Positions 61,837 to 64,000 of a DNA stretch of 64,000 nt are shown here, piece after piece; position 1 is the stretch's first letter; each line of letters begins with the position of its first letter. A program made the position numbers and the translations under genes. Origin of the DNA: Mobula hypostoma (taxonomy: Eukaryota); assembly GCF_963921235.1 (NCBI RefSeq), contig NC_086097.1, positions 126,048,001-126,112,000 of the forward strand, in the 5' to 3' direction. The notes below the pieces were generated by a model. It did not search any database. It had not been told where the DNA came from and worked only from the letters and a program-made list of their open reading frames with translations.

Positions 61837-61944
61837 TCAGCTGGGGTCCCAAGGAGGCTCGGCGTTAAAGTCAAACTGTTCTCTGTAGAGTGCTACTCCC
61901 AGACCTTCTGGATAACTGTTATACACCCGATCAGAAATTCTGCC
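61837..61944 (-). CDS. AZIN1: 3' part of the AZIN1 upstream conserved coding region (uCC; non-AUG regulatory uORF) in leader exon 2 (61804-61944)
   Basis: GRISDRVYNSYPEGLGVALYREQFDFNAEPPWDPS* then TAG. Acceptor ttacag| at 61945-61947, donor |gtaagt at 61803-61798. The C-terminal FDFNAEPPWxPS matches the known vertebrate AZIN1 uCC. Confidence 0.92.
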   Translation of the reverse strand, partial: GRISDRVYNSYPEGLGVALYREQFDFNAEPPWDPS

Positions 61945-64000
61945 CTGTAACAAGCAATTATATAATATTAACACAGGCAGATAAGCATAATGAAATTGGT
62001 TCAAAACACCTTCTGATTATTCAAATTAGTAGCCCAATTACAGACTCTAGAAATATATCAATAATATCAAAAGAGTGCAGAGAAAATTTACAAGGAAGTT
62101 GCCAGGACTTGAGGACCTGAGTTATAGGGAAAGGTCTATAATTGGAAAATACATGCAAAATTACTTGTGGTAACCATACCTCCACAATATTGGAATGAAT
62201 GACATCAAAAGCATACAAGACTATTGCGAGAAAACAATTACTATGTTCTGCTATCTGTAAAAAACAAGGTATGTACATGGAACTTCTGAATTTAATACTA
62301 CAAGAGCTTATTCTTATGTAAGGGTCATGCATTTGTAACCCAAGCACAGCCTGAACACTGATGATCTGGATGAATTAAGACACTTACAAACTTGCAGGTT
62401 CAATGGCTGGTACCTCAGGACAGAAGAATCCTGGTACCACACCCCTCATACAACAATCCTCATCCACTCTGTCAAACTTCGCTGCAATATCATGACTCAT
62501 TCTTCTAGATCAGAGATTCACAACTTGTGGTCCATGGACCCTTCAGCAGTTAATGGCGATGGGTGGGGCTGTCCAAGGTATAAAAAAAGTTGGGAACCCA
62601 AGACTGGTGTACAGGTCAGTCTGCTTCATCTCTCTTCCTACAGCAGTATTGCCATCCCAGGAATCAATATTTCATATTACTACCAAAGTGGATGACCTCC
62701 TATTTTACAACTTGTACATCACTGCCATATTCTTATCCAGTTATTTGCGTCAGTACGGTTGGATACATTACATTTGATTTGCCCATTGAAATCACTCACT
62801 GGTGGTATAGCAGTGGAAACTACAAGCAGTTTCAAACTTCTGGGAATGCATCACACACAACCTAGCATTGTCCCAGAACACATCCTACAGTCAAGATAGT
62901 TCACCAACATCTCTTCTTTTTGAGGAGGCTGAGGAGAGCTGGACTTTGCACATCAATACTCTCGTCATTCTACAGATGTGCAGCCCAGTATCCTGACAAG
63001 CTGCAACACTGTTTGATACTGAAACAGCACTGCAGCGGACAGGAAGGCTCTACAGTGGGGTGTCAAGATTGCCCAGTGCATCATTAGCACCAGTATCCCA
63101 GCCATCAAGGACATATATACAGAAAGGTGCCAGGAAAGGGCCAGTAACATCATGAAGGATCCCACCCACCTGGCTCATGGACTTTGTCCAACTCCATCTG
63201 GGAGGAGGCTATGTAGCATCCATGCCAGGACCACCAGACTTAAAAACAGTTATTTCCCCAAAGCAGTAGGACTGATCAATATCCCCATCCACTAACTCCA
63301 CCACTACCTTATTTTTTTCCTGTCGGTCACTTTATGTACAGCCGAGCATCACCTTATGGACATATAATTACATAAGCATCTTTATGTATTTTATTTATTG
63401 TGTTTTTATTTAAATTATTGTTATTTTTTTTTTGGGCTACATTGATCCGATCCACAGCAACAATTATTTAATTCTCCTTCATACCTGTGTACAAGAATTT
63501 ACATTCAACAATTTTTAATCTTGTATTTGAAAGTCAATATACATCACACAAAAAAATCTGCCCTACCTATTTCATTGCTCCATCTCAACCAGCTCAAGAT
63601 TTTCCAAGCTAATTAAGCCATTTCCTCTCTATTGCCTATCAATCTTACCTTGTATGAACAGAACCCAAACCTTTGCCACTGACTTTGAGGTAAACACCCT
63701 CAATTGACATCGATTTTGACCATGCCAAAGTGCTGATACTTTCAAGACCAATTGAGGCTGGTTCCAACTTTCCATTAACAAGCCAACTTGAATGTGGCTA
63801 ATTAGAAGGGACCAAGTACAGACACCGTGGTAGCAAAAAAAAACTTCATAAGGAGTTGAAACAAATCAGCATGGAAGGTGGAGACTCTCATAACACAAGT
63901 GTAAATGTGGATATAAGAGAAGTGCCCTCATTGTCCATTCATCTGAAGGGACACTCAAATTGTTCCATGCTTCAAGACATCACCATACCAAAAAACATTT

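Overview
Vertebrate genomic DNA, most likely a cartilaginous fish (ray or shark); this is inferred from the repeat spectrum (V-SINEs, CR1 with TTCTATG-type tails, Penelope fragments). There are two minus-strand genes. (1) The 5' part of KLF10/TIEG1: coding exon 573-812 and a CpG-island promoter at ~6.3-7.7 kb. (2) The complete coding region of antizyme inhibitor 1 (AZIN1), which I assembled by hand from 10 GT-AG coding exons (57703 down to 22599; 1377 nt, 458 aa). An upstream leader exon (61804-61944) carries the 3' part of the conserved non-AUG, PPW-containing regulatory uORF (uCC); AZIN1 exon 1 lies beyond the window. Much of the remainder is transposon-derived: a 5'-truncated L1 with an 18-bp TSD, a near full-length CR1, Tc1, Tigger and several hAT elements (many nested), Rex1-like fragments, tRNA-derived SINEs, a probable solo LTR, and Penelope ends carrying minimal hammerhead-ribozyme motifs. 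I cannot demonstrate a previously undescribed system. The most interesting signals are the uCC, ODC-like active-site residues retained in this AZIN1, the absence of the mammalian S367G editing codon, the hammerhead-bearing inverted repeats, and a hAT element with a 6-bp TSD. Comparisons with human or ODC sequences are from memory and were not computed. Repeat boundaries without a TSD are approximate.
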